DNA from: a virus
DNA: 64,000 bases
Strand: one strand, 5' to 3'
IMG/VR virus record: IMGVR_UViG_3300020051_000004
Shown: in pieces, positions 49,024 through 57,770 of the stretch
How positions within the stretch are numbered: the first letter of the stretch is position 1
Layout of the letters: each line of letters opens with the position of its first letter
The notes under the pieces: model-generated
Seen by the model: only the letters and a program-made list of their open reading frames with translations
Told to the model about the DNA's origin: nothing
Databases searched by the model: none
Made by a program: the position numbers and the translations under genes

Positions 49024-49536
49024 TTAAATTTGAATCGCCGCCTTGATTGATTCGATTATTTTGAATAAGTGGTTGTATTCTGGGTTTGGTTTTTGCGGTA
49101 ACTGGTAGTACCATTCGTCTCCAAAGATTTTGTACAACTCATCTGCATTCACATCTACTCCACGATCATCAATGTTACTCACGTCCATCCATTTAAAAAG
49201 AGCTTCTTTTTTGGAGATTTCGCCATTTTTTCTTGCGGCCAAAATAAATTGTTTTGCCGCCTGCTGGAGACTTTCTTGAGAATCGTCAGTAATTGTGCTT
49301 CTAATTCCCCTGTGGAACTTCCCAACTAGATAATCTGTTCCAGCTTCAAGAAAGAACTCTTTGATAGAGCTTCGTGCTATTGCGCTCCAAAAATATGACC
49401 AAGCATCGCCGTCACATTCGATGGTCACTTTCCCCTGATTTTTGCCGAAATCCTCAAAGAAGGCGCTTATAGAGTAGATATTTTGGGCGGCATTTGTTAT
49501 TTGGATTTTTTCGACGAGAGATTTGGTGATAGTCAT
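49024..49536 (-). CDS. Hypothetical phage protein
   Basis: 170 aa ORF with its own sigma70-like promoter. Confidence 0.7.
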   Translation of the reverse strand: MTITKSLVEKIQITNAAQNIYSISAFFEDFGKNQGKVTIECDGDAWSYFWSAIARSSIKEFFLEAGTDYLVGKFHRGIRSTITDDSQESLQQAAKQFILAARKNGEISKKEALFKWMDVSNIDDRGVDVNADELYKIFGDEWYYQLPQKPNPEYNHLFKIIESIKAAIQI

Positions 49537-49542
49537 GTTACT

Positions 49543-49570
49543 ACACTAGCATAAGACTTTATCTTGTCAA
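49543..49570 (-). promoter_or_regulatory. sigma70-like promoter, near-leaderless transcript
   Basis: TTGACA-16 nt-TAGTGT with TGn extension, 6 nt before ATG 49536. Confidence 0.6.
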
Positions 49571-49620
49571 CAAAAATCCCCTCCTAGAACGTTTGCAACC
49601 GTTAACCTAAGAGGGGATTC
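49571..49620 (-). terminator. Terminator downstream of nrdB
   Basis: Minus strand AATCCCCTCTTAG...CTAGGAGGGGATT followed by TTTG. Confidence 0.65.
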
Positions 49621-49720
49621 GCCGTTTCAGGGGTTTTGTTTATTTGTTCCTGTCTTGGACTTGTTTTAAAAATCCCGAAGAATTGCGCGTTAAAAAGAGG
49701 CGCTCCGAGAAAAGTTGTTG

Positions 49721-50779
49721 TTAGAGAGTGAACCCGCTAAATTCACCTTCCTTAATTTCAGTATTTCGCGCCCCAATTTTATAAGAAATAATTTCAGACT
49801 CTTGCGGGGCAACTTGTCTTTTAGAGCTATCCATGAAACCGTCCAACCATCCAGCAATAGGACTTGTCTTTTGATCAAAGATTTTTTTGTATCCTAAAGA
49901 TTGAAGGCGGTTATTAGCGAGCCACTCAACATGTCCCGCTCCAACTTCAGCGTTCAAACCAAGAAGAGAACCTTTAGAGAAGAGATATTTAAGCCATTTC
50001 TTCTCATTTTCTACTGCAAGTCCGTAAGTGTCGTAGATTCTTTGCTCATTATCCTTCAGAACTCCTTGGAAACCTTCTTCGGAATTTTCTTTCCAATTTT
50101 TAAAGATATTTTGAGTAATCGACACATGAAGATTTTCATCACGCTGGATTAGAGAAATAATATCAGCATTACCTTTCATCTTCCCTTTATGTCCAAAGAA
50201 AAGAGAACAAGCGAAAGAAATGTAGAACGCCAAACCTTCTGTAATTTGCGTGGACAAAACGGCGTCAAAGATTTTTTGCTTAATATCTTCTGGCTCGCCA
50301 AGAATAGCGTCATAGCTTTTTTTAATTTCTTTTGCCCGCGAAACAATTTCTTCATCTTCAAGAATTGAATCGAAAAACTTTCCTGGGTCTTTTGTGATGT
50401 TCTGAAGAATCCATGTATAAGAGTAGCTATGAACATTTTCAAAGCGAGCCCATGTTCCCATGCAAATTTCAAGTTCTGGATTTGTCACATATTTACCAAC
50501 CTGATGAATTGAACGAGACAGCATACTATCCGTCATAGTTTGCCAGCGAAGGTTGCTATTAAAAATGAACTTCTCAGTATCAGTCAAATTTTCATAATCA
50601 GAGCGATCTTTCGCTAAGGAAATTTCTTCGGGCATCCAATGAAACTCTTCCTGCTTTCTCCAAAGCTCAAAGAACTTGGGATACTTGATCTTATCATACC
50701 TCTGAAGGGCCAACCCTTCTCCAAGAAACATGAGGTTATTTGAGCCGTGAACGTTTTCGGTATTTAGTACTGTTTTCAT
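49721..50779 (-). CDS. nrdB: Ribonucleotide reductase class Ia beta subunit
   Basis: W.PEE, D, ENVHSYSY (radical Tyr), EG..FY.SF, RDE.LH and VAPQE.EI.SY. Confidence 0.95.
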   Translation of the reverse strand: MKTVLNTENVHGSNNLMFLGEGLALQRYDKIKYPKFFELWRKQEEFHWMPEEISLAKDRSDYENLTDTEKFIFNSNLRWQTMTDSMLSRSIHQVGKYVTNPELEICMGTWARFENVHSYSYTWILQNITKDPGKFFDSILEDEEIVSRAKEIKKSYDAILGEPEDIKQKIFDAVLSTQITEGLAFYISFACSLFFGHKGKMKGNADIISLIQRDENLHVSITQNIFKNWKENSEEGFQGVLKDNEQRIYDTYGLAVENEKKWLKYLFSKGSLLGLNAEVGAGHVEWLANNRLQSLGYKKIFDQKTSPIAGWLDGFMDSSKRQVAPQESEIISYKIGARNTEIKEGEFSGFTL

Positions 50780-50783
50780 AAAA

Positions 50784-53045
50784 TTACAGAGAGCAGGCCC
50801 CACTTGAGCATGATTCCTCTTGATTCGCTGCGCTTTGTTTGTCGCCATCGTTTGTATTCAGGTAGTAACCAGTTCTCCACCCCATTTTATAAGCATAAAG
50901 AAACTCTCGAATCACTTTGGAGTCAGGCAAAGCTCCACCTTCATAATGAGCATAATTGTAGTAGCGATTTGCGGAGATAGACATATCAACCCATTTTTGA
51001 AGCGCCGCAACAATGTTAATCATACCAATATTATCCTTCATGTCAAAGGCTAATGTGTATTTATTTTTCCACTGATGAATGTTTGGAACAATTACTGGCA
51101 ACTGTCGAGACTTGGACTCTTTATAAGTAACAAGAGAGCGAACAGGTTCAATTCCATTTGTAGAACTTTGAATCACTGAGCTACTTTCACACGGCATTAA
51201 TGCGGACACGGTTGAATTTCTCAATCCAAATTCCTTGATTTCGGCGCGAAGAGATTCCCAATCCATGGATGGCTTTCTTGTTACAACAGAATCAACATCT
51301 TTTTTGTAAGTGTCGATTGGAAGAATTCCAAGAGAGTATTTGGTTCTATCAAATTTTTCACACGGGCCTTTTTCTTTGGCCAGTTGGCAAGAAGCCTTTA
51401 ATAAAAAGTATTGAATCTTCTCCATCAATTCATCGGCCACATTCGGCGCTTCTGGGTCTTCATACTTTACCCCATTTTTAGCTAGATACGCTGCAAAGTT
51501 AGTGATACCAACAGCAAGAGAGCGGCGCTTTTTGGCGAAATTTTCTGCTGCTGGCGCAAAATAATCCTGATAATCAATTAGCTCGTCCAACATGCGAACT
51601 GTAATGTCACAAATATCTTCCATTTCTGCGTCAGAGTTAATTTCCAACACATTAATTGCAGACAGAACACAGATTCCAATTTCTCCATCTGGATCGTTAA
51701 TGTTTTTTAATGGTTTAACTGGTTGACACACTTCCAGGCAGAGGTTGTTCATACGAACAGTGTCTAGCCAAGCTCCTCGCTCATTGGTATGATCAATATT
51801 AGCAAAGTAAATTCTGCCAGTCTCAACGCTTTCTTTTGTGAAAAGGCTCATTAATTGAGCCGCTGGAATTACTTTCTTTCTTTTGAGTTTGGTTGATTTT
51901 TCATACTTTTCATACAAAGAGTCAAACTCTGGTGTTCCGAATTTTTCATACAAATCTCCAACTTCATGTGGGGAAAAAAGAGTAATATTTCCGCCGCTCA
52001 AAAATCTTTCATAGAAAACTTTAGAGAATTGAATCACATAATCCAACTTGCGAACTCGGTTATCGTCAGTTCCAGCATTATTCTTTAGCTGAAGAATATC
52101 TTCGATTTCGTAATGCCAAAACGGAAAATTAACTGTTGCGCCACCACCACGAATACCGTTTTGATGACAGGACTTTACAGTTGACTCAAATACCTTTAGA
52201 AAAGGAATAACACCAGTATGAATAACATCACCCTTACGAATTTCAGAGCCAATCGCTCGCATTTCTCCAGCATTTAATCCGATTCCAAAGCGTTGAGAAG
52301 TGGCGAAACCAACTGCCGTGTTGGCCGCAAAAATAGATTCAATGCTATCCCCAATATCAATTAAGCAACAAGACGAGTACTGGCGGAGCTTTGTTCTTAC
52401 TCCAGCCATTAGAGGAGTGGGCAAATTACTCTTGTGTTTTGAGTAGGCGTCATAAGCCTTTTTTACGCGAGCAATCCTTGTTTTAGAATCATAAGCGCTA
52501 AAAAGAGTCATCGCAACAAGCATATAAGCAAATTGCGGCGTTTCAAAAATTTCACCCGTTTTTCTGTTTTGAACCAAGTATTTATCGCAAAGCTGTTGAA
52601 TACCAGCATAAGTAAAAATATCGTCGCGTGAATGCTTGATATAGTCATCGAGTTTATTAATTTCACTCTCGGTATAAAGCTCTAGAACAGCATTCTCATA
52701 AACGCCAGCAGCAACGTTTTTCTTAATAAAATCAATTAATTTAGGTGGGTTTTTGCCGCCCCAAACCTCTTTTCTAAGTTGATAATTAACCAAGCGGCCA
52801 GCTACATATTGGTAATTTGGAGTCTTCTCGGAAATCATTCCAACAGCAGAGTCGATAACTGATTGATGAATCTCTTTTGTAGAAATTCCGTCAAATAGTT
52901 GAAGTTTTGCATTAGCGCAAACTGTATTTGCAGAAACGCTTGATACTCCCTCAGTAGCCCATTTTACTACTTGTTCAACCTTCTCCGCGCTAAAAATTTC
53001 TGTTTCGCCATTCCGTTTTTTTACTGTAAAGTTTCCGTGTTCCAT
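50784..53045 (-). CDS. nrdA: Ribonucleotide reductase class Ia alpha subunit with ATP cone
   Basis: VKKRNG ATP cone, PTP...SSCC, NLCLE, MP.ESSS...NGIEP and C-terminal CSSGAC. Confidence 0.96.
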   Translation of the reverse strand: MEHGNFTVKKRNGETEIFSAEKVEQVVKWATEGVSSVSANTVCANAKLQLFDGISTKEIHQSVIDSAVGMISEKTPNYQYVAGRLVNYQLRKEVWGGKNPPKLIDFIKKNVAAGVYENAVLELYTESEINKLDDYIKHSRDDIFTYAGIQQLCDKYLVQNRKTGEIFETPQFAYMLVAMTLFSAYDSKTRIARVKKAYDAYSKHKSNLPTPLMAGVRTKLRQYSSCCLIDIGDSIESIFAANTAVGFATSQRFGIGLNAGEMRAIGSEIRKGDVIHTGVIPFLKVFESTVKSCHQNGIRGGGATVNFPFWHYEIEDILQLKNNAGTDDNRVRKLDYVIQFSKVFYERFLSGGNITLFSPHEVGDLYEKFGTPEFDSLYEKYEKSTKLKRKKVIPAAQLMSLFTKESVETGRIYFANIDHTNERGAWLDTVRMNNLCLEVCQPVKPLKNINDPDGEIGICVLSAINVLEINSDAEMEDICDITVRMLDELIDYQDYFAPAAENFAKKRRSLAVGITNFAAYLAKNGVKYEDPEAPNVADELMEKIQYFLLKASCQLAKEKGPCEKFDRTKYSLGILPIDTYKKDVDSVVTRKPSMDWESLRAEIKEFGLRNSTVSALMPCESSSVIQSSTNGIEPVRSLVTYKESKSRQLPVIVPNIHQWKNKYTLAFDMKDNIGMINIVAALQKWVDMSISANRYYNYAHYEGGALPDSKVIREFLYAYKMGWRTGYYLNTNDGDKQSAANQEESCSSGACSL

Positions 53046-53267
53046 AGGTGCTATATACTTACATGCAAACCACCCCAAGTCTAGCAGTTTTTTGGGTTTT
53101 TCTTTCGGATTTCTTTGTTGAGAAAACGTCTCAGCAAAATCTTTCAAAATGGGCGAAAAAAGTTGAGATTTTTTAGCGTTGAAAATCAACAATTTATGCG
53201 GGCGATAAAAATTTTGTTGAAAGGTTTTGGGGAGAAAAAACGTTAGATAAATGCTGTCTTTGAAATA

Positions 53268-53533
53268 GTACAGTGGTTCGCTTCGCTCACTAATTAACGA
53301 ACTCGCCGCTCCGCTCTGAGTTCTAAACTAAAGCGCAAGCGCAAAGGCTAACTGAGGAACGAAGTTTGCCTTCACTGGGGTCTGGGGTGTGAAACCCCCA
53401 GAATCGTAAGATTCCTGCGAAACGAAGAGTAGCAGTGAATCAATGTGAGCGAAGCGAACGAAGATTGTACGCACACGCGAGAAAAAGAAGACGCCCAAAC
53501 ATTTCGCCTACGGCGATTAGCCTAGCGGCTAAG
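53268..53533. other. Branched inverted-repeat element at the transcriptional divergence point (candidate replication origin or structured RNA)
   Basis: Perfect 15 bp IR 53276-53290/53445-53459 enclosing several hairpins, with two more hairpins downstream. Confidence 0.6.
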
Positions 53534-53615
53534 TAATCAATAAATTATTTTGGCCGCGAAAAAAGTTTGTACATTCTCGATAGATTATGTACATCTATAC
53601 GTACTGTACGAGAAC

Positions 53616-53984
53616 ATGACAAAAACAATGAACCTGCCTGTTGATTACTCTACTTTTGTTTCGCGCCTCTTAAAAGATGGCAAGGATATTCTTGAATCTT
53701 TGACGCCTGAAAAATGCAACCAGTGGCATTTGGCTGTTGGCATCGCAGGAGAAGCTGGTGAACTCGCGGACGCTTTCAAGAAATATGTTGTTTATAACAA
53801 GCCTCTTGATCGAAAGAATGTGATTGAAGAGTTGGGCGACCTTGAATTTTTTATCGAAGCAACTCGTCAGTCTATTGGAGTTTCAAGAGAAGATGTTCTT
53901 TTGGCTAACGAAGAAAAGTTGATGACGCGATATAAAGATGGATATTCTGATTTCGCCGCTCAAAACCGCGCAGACAAACAGTAA
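53616..53984 (+). CDS. MazG-like nucleoside triphosphate pyrophosphohydrolase
   Basis: GIAGEAGELAD..KK...EELGDL...N..KL..RY. Confidence 0.88.
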   Translation: MTKTMNLPVDYSTFVSRLLKDGKDILESLTPEKCNQWHLAVGIAGEAGELADAFKKYVVYNKPLDRKNVIEELGDLEFFIEATRQSIGVSREDVLLANEEKLMTRYKDGYSDFAAQNRADKQ

Positions 53985-53986
53985 CT

Positions 53987-54172
53987 ATGGACTTCTCAAC
54001 CATCCTGAATAAATCAAAAAACTACGCATTTGCTTTTCTAAACGAGCAAAATGTAGAATGGCGCGTCTCAGAAATTGATGGCCGCAAACAAGTTGTCACT
54101 AGAGACTATAACCCTGAACGGCTGAATCTTGTAGTGAGAAATGATAGAGTAGTAGATTTCACTCTTGGTTGA
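53987..54172 (+). CDS. Small protein resembling I78/potato-I peptidase inhibitors
   Basis: VTRDYNPERLNLVV....V....G C-terminal signature. Confidence 0.6.
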   Translation: MDFSTILNKSKNYAFAFLNEQNVEWRVSEIDGRKQVVTRDYNPERLNLVVRNDRVVDFTLG

Positions 54173-54173
54173 T

Positions 54174-54443
54174 ATGGAGACGAACGAACAACACAACCAA
54201 TCAGAGCTAGATTATTTATTGGGCCGCGCAAATTTTTGTTTGAGCAGCCTTGAAACAATTTTGCATACTCTCAATAAGAATTTCCCAGTTGATGGATGTA
54301 AGTGGGCCGTCTGGGAGAATCAGGTTGATTGTGTTCGTTTTGAAGATTTGGAGTGGGACGAATTTGAGGAGCCTAATGAGCCAAAATGTTCCAAGGGACC
54401 ATTCTTTGATGAACAGGATCAGGAGTTTTATTTGCGCCAATAA
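54174..54443 (+). CDS. Hypothetical acidic protein
   Basis: ORF in operon. Confidence 0.55.
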   Translation: METNEQHNQSELDYLLGRANFCLSSLETILHTLNKNFPVDGCKWAVWENQVDCVRFEDLEWDEFEEPNEPKCSKGPFFDEQDQEFYLRQ

Positions 54444-54447
54444 ACCT

Positions 54448-54627
54448 ATGAACAAAACAACAATCAACGACGCCATAAAAATCCTCCAAGATTTAAAAGA
54501 AGAGGTTGGCGGAAATGCTGTTTTTATTGTATTTGGCATACATGGAGACAGAGAATATCCCAAAGGATGGAATTCTCTCATCAGAATTAAGGACAATGAA
54601 GAATTTGAGGAGTTTTATTTAACATGA
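54448..54627 (+). CDS. Hypothetical protein
   Basis: ATG 54448 follows the upstream stop; ATGA overlap with the next gene. Confidence 0.5.
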   Translation: MNKTTINDAIKILQDLKEEVGGNAVFIVFGIHGDREYPKGWNSLIRIKDNEEFEEFYLT

Positions 54628-55175
54628 TTAAAAACATTTTACTCGATATGGACTCCGTGATAGCGGATTTCCTTCCGTCAGCACTTCGCGTATTAAATAG
54701 AAAGTATCGCAAAGACAATCCTGCGACAATAAAAGAATATCAGGAATACGGTCAGTTTAGTATAGCTGATTTTTATGGCATTTCCAAAGAGCAATTCTGG
54801 GCGGCGATTGATTCAGATCAGTATTTTTGGATTAATATACAACCATTTCCTTGGGCCGCTCAGTTAGTTGGGTTTTTAAATGAATTTGCCCCTGTTACTA
54901 TTGCCAGTTCTCCGCATACTTCAAGAATTTGTATTGCTGATAAAGTTGAATGGCTTCAAAAGCATTTAAACATTAAGAGCGAAGGGTGTATGTTTGGCGC
55001 AAGAAAGTATTTAATGGCCAATCCAGAGACTTTATTGATTGACGACCTTCAAAGTAATGTGGATGATTTTATAACTTACGGAGGAAAAGCCATTTGCGTT
55101 CCATCGAACTGGAATACTGAAAACCTTTCATTTGAAATGATCGTAGCAAAAATTGTAAAAGGAGGACTTGTTTAA
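54624..55175 (+). CDS. 5'(3')-deoxyribonucleotidase (HAD, NT5C-like)
   Basis: LLDMDSVIADF, ASSP, K..WL and LLIDD. Confidence 0.85.
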   Translation: MIKNILLDMDSVIADFLPSALRVLNRKYRKDNPATIKEYQEYGQFSIADFYGISKEQFWAAIDSDQYFWINIQPFPWAAQLVGFLNEFAPVTIASSPHTSRICIADKVEWLQKHLNIKSEGCMFGARKYLMANPETLLIDDLQSNVDDFITYGGKAICVPSNWNTENLSFEMIVAKIVKGGLV

Positions 55176-55747
55176 TGACTATCTACGCAGTGGCAGGAAA
55201 GAAGAGAGTGGGCAAATCAACGCTGACACAAGGCTTCATCAACCATTTTGAAAAACTTGGATTGCGGGCAAAAAATTATGCTTTTGCAGATGAGCTGAAG
55301 AAGGAACTTGATCCTCTTTTCTTGTTGAATGCGGGAGTATCAGCGTTCACAGAAGACCCAGTGGAGAAAGAGTTGTGCAGGGGTGTAATGATTGCATACG
55401 GCACAGGTTATTGGAGACAAAAAGACCCCGACCATTGGATAAAAAAACTTGCGGCCCAATTAAAAAAGGACGAAGGAGAAGTTGATGTTGCAATAATTTC
55501 TGACGCCCGTTTTGCCCAAAATGAAATTCCATGGGTTAAAAGTCTTGGCGGCAAAATCATTTATTTGATTCGCACTGACGACGAAGGTAAAGAATTTCCG
55601 CCCGCTGGAATTGATGAAGAAATCAATGATCCAGAATTAAGAAAGGCCGCTGATTTTATTTTTTCTTGGGGAAATTACGAGAATAATCTAGAAAAATGCT
55701 ATTATACTGCAAGCAACTGGCTTAGCGAAATTTTAGCACATGGATGA
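55175..55747 (+). CDS. Deoxynucleoside monophosphate kinase-like P-loop kinase
   Basis: GKKRVGKST, FADELK, R...IAYG..R..DPDHW and ISDARF..NE. Confidence 0.8.
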   Translation: MTIYAVAGKKRVGKSTLTQGFINHFEKLGLRAKNYAFADELKKELDPLFLLNAGVSAFTEDPVEKELCRGVMIAYGTGYWRQKDPDHWIKKLAAQLKKDEGEVDVAIISDARFAQNEIPWVKSLGGKIIYLIRTDDEGKEFPPAGIDEEINDPELRKAADFIFSWGNYENNLEKCYYTASNWLSEILAHG

Positions 55748-56309
55748 TTATTCTTTAGTAATGAAAGTAAAAGAAACTGGCGATAGTTCAGCCATGGCTC
55801 AAATAATTGCTCAGCATTCTGGTGTATTTACAACCGTGCTCGAAAAGTCTTTGCCAGCAGACACTTTCTCAACTCAGAGACAAGACTTTTTGGCCGAAAA
55901 GTCGTTTCATTTGTATGACGCTGTAATGAAATATCGCCCTGATAGTAAAATGAAGCTTTCAACCTTTATTGGCCAAACTATCAAGTGGAAATGCTTATCC
56001 TTAAAAGATCGCGGCCAAGATAAAGACACCGTTTTTCTTGAATCTTTAGATAATCCGCCGCCTGAAAAAGAAGAAGAATGCAGCGACAAAAAGTTCAAAA
56101 TCGAACAAATCTTTCAATTCGCTGAAAATTATCCAAACGAAACCGCAAGAAAAATCGTAACACTGCGTTATGATAGCAAGAACCACCTTCCATGGAAGGA
56201 AGTCTCAAAAAAATTAGGAATTTCAGTTGCACAAGCTACTCGTTTGAACTATGAGTTCTTAAATGCTGCGAAAGCTCACTTCTCAAACGCCGAAGGGCTT
56301 CAGGGTTAA
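55740..56309 (+). CDS. Phage sigma70-family factor
   Basis: D..LV..VK..GD..A...I..H, AVMKY.P...KLSTFI (region 2) and C-terminal HTH WKEVSKKLGIS. Confidence 0.75.
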   Translation: MDDYSLVMKVKETGDSSAMAQIIAQHSGVFTTVLEKSLPADTFSTQRQDFLAEKSFHLYDAVMKYRPDSKMKLSTFIGQTIKWKCLSLKDRGQDKDTVFLESLDNPPPEKEEECSDKKFKIEQIFQFAENYPNETARKIVTLRYDSKNHLPWKEVSKKLGISVAQATRLNYEFLNAAKAHFSNAEGLQG

Positions 56310-56320
56310 TTTTATAAGAT

Positions 56321-56632
56321 ATGAAAATCATCAGCCACCAATGTTTAATCGTTTTACAAAACGATGACGACTTTAAACTTTCCACCGAAAACTTTAAGCC
56401 AGCCAAAATTAACTTTTCCGCCACAAAAGAGTATGTTGTAGATAACCACAAGGTGGACTCTATACCCTTGCATTATTACGAAATTGAAGAATCGCCCGTT
56501 GAATTTTTAAATAAGCAACTTATCTATTTTGCTGGTCCGCTTTTTCGCTCTATAAAAAGAGAGGATTTACTCCCAGCTTTCCTTGAAGAAAGAAATAACT
56601 TCTTGTCTAAAGCGAAAAACCTGCTAGAATAA
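56321..56632 (+). CDS. Hypothetical protein
   Basis: 103 aa ORF in operon. Confidence 0.6.
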   Translation: MKIISHQCLIVLQNDDDFKLSTENFKPAKINFSATKEYVVDNHKVDSIPLHYYEIEESPVEFLNKQLIYFAGPLFRSIKREDLLPAFLEERNNFLSKAKNLLE

Positions 56633-56637
56633 AATTT

Positions 56638-56895
56638 ATGAGAAACATTGATGATGAAATAAAAATGTGGGAAGAAATTTTCCGCAAAGAAAAAGAAATT
56701 TACGACAGACTCTCTCCGTCATTAAAAACCAACGTCGAGTTGGAAACTTGGCACGAAGCTATAAGTCATCTTCACACTGCTCAATCAAATATTGATAAAT
56801 TGCACAAACAGAAGAGGTCTGACTATCTTGACGCTCTTAATGACATTTTTAAGAAAAATATGGCAGAATCAAACCAACCAACAAATCACCCCTAA
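56638..56895 (+). CDS. Hypothetical protein
   Basis: 85 aa ORF in operon. Confidence 0.6.
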   Translation: MRNIDDEIKMWEEIFRKEKEIYDRLSPSLKTNVELETWHEAISHLHTAQSNIDKLHKQKRSDYLDALNDIFKKNMAESNQPTNHP

Positions 56896-56901
56896 AAACA
56901 C

Positions 56902-57279
56902 ATGCTAACCATCCAATCCGTAGGTAATCTCGTTAACGATCCAAAACTCGTTACTCTCAAAGACGATTTCAAAATTGTCGAATCTCGAATCGCCGTCACA
57001 AAGTCCAAAGATCGCTCTGCCTTTATTGACGTAAAGTTTAAGAATAATAAAGCGGGCGAAATCTTTCTTCAATACGCAAAACAAGGCTCTGGAGTCTCCG
57101 TGTGGGGAGAGCTTGACGAAGAAACTTGGGGAGAGGGAGAAAACAAGCGTAGTAAATGGGTAATCGTTGCTGATGGTTTCCGATTTACAGGAGGTCAGAA
57201 GTCAGATGACAAACCTGCGGCCAAAACCCAAGTGCCAAAGAAATCTGTTCAAGACAGTACCGAGGACATTCCTTTTTAA
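56902..57279 (+). CDS. ssb: Single-stranded DNA-binding protein
   Basis: VGNL..DP, G..V.V.G.L...W and acidic EDIPF tail. Confidence 0.92.
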   Translation: MLTIQSVGNLVNDPKLVTLKDDFKIVESRIAVTKSKDRSAFIDVKFKNNKAGEIFLQYAKQGSGVSVWGELDEETWGEGENKRSKWVIVADGFRFTGGQKSDDKPAAKTQVPKKSVQDSTEDIPF

Positions 57280-57292
57280 TGAAAAATCTAAT

Positions 57293-57368
57293 TGCGGGAT
57301 AGAGAAATTGGTTATCTCATCAGTCTCATAAGCTGAAGTTTTCCGTTCAAGTCGGAATCCCGCAACCA
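57293..57368 (+). tRNA. tRNA with CAT anticodon (Met, initiator-like features)
   Basis: Acceptor TGCGGGA/TCCCGCA plus ACCA; D stem GAGA/TCTC; anticodon arm TCAGT-CTCATAA-GCTGA; T arm TTCCG-TTCAAGT-CGGAA. Confidence 0.93.
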
Positions 57369-57394
57369 CTTCACAATCAACCAACTAAAAACAC

Positions 57395-57685
57395 ATGCCC
57401 GAAGAAAAACTAACAAAGAAAGAAAAGTCAGTTGAAGCAGCCTTTGCTGAAATTCAGCCAGCTTCAACCAAGACCGTTCCAGCGGTAATCGAAGAAACAA
57501 TCCTTGAACCAAGGACAATCGAAATCGCCCCCGATTCTCCATGGAAGAAGATTCACTCAGATAGCGCCATTACAACTTTCACTATGGAAGTAAAAGGAGC
57601 AGGAACAATCTTGCGAACACAAACATATGGCTCGGAATCAATGGTATTCCTACCTAACGTTTTGGCGTCGCAGCTTCCTAAGTAA
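57395..57685 (+). CDS. Hypothetical protein
   Basis: 96 aa ORF with an AAAAACAC leader, inside the RNA gene cluster. Confidence 0.7.
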   Translation: MPEEKLTKKEKSVEAAFAEIQPASTKTVPAVIEETILEPRTIEIAPDSPWKKIHSDSAITTFTMEVKGAGTILRTQTYGSESMVFLPNVLASQLPK

Positions 57686-57770
57686 AAGATTAGGCATTGC
57701 GCCGAGGTTGGTTTGCCTTGGTTAATTCATCGGCCTGTGGGTAAGCGCATAAAACCCCACACTTCTGATT

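Noticed and set aside
49721-53045. Introns or inteins in nrdA/nrdB
   Set aside because: Both ORFs are continuous and of normal length.
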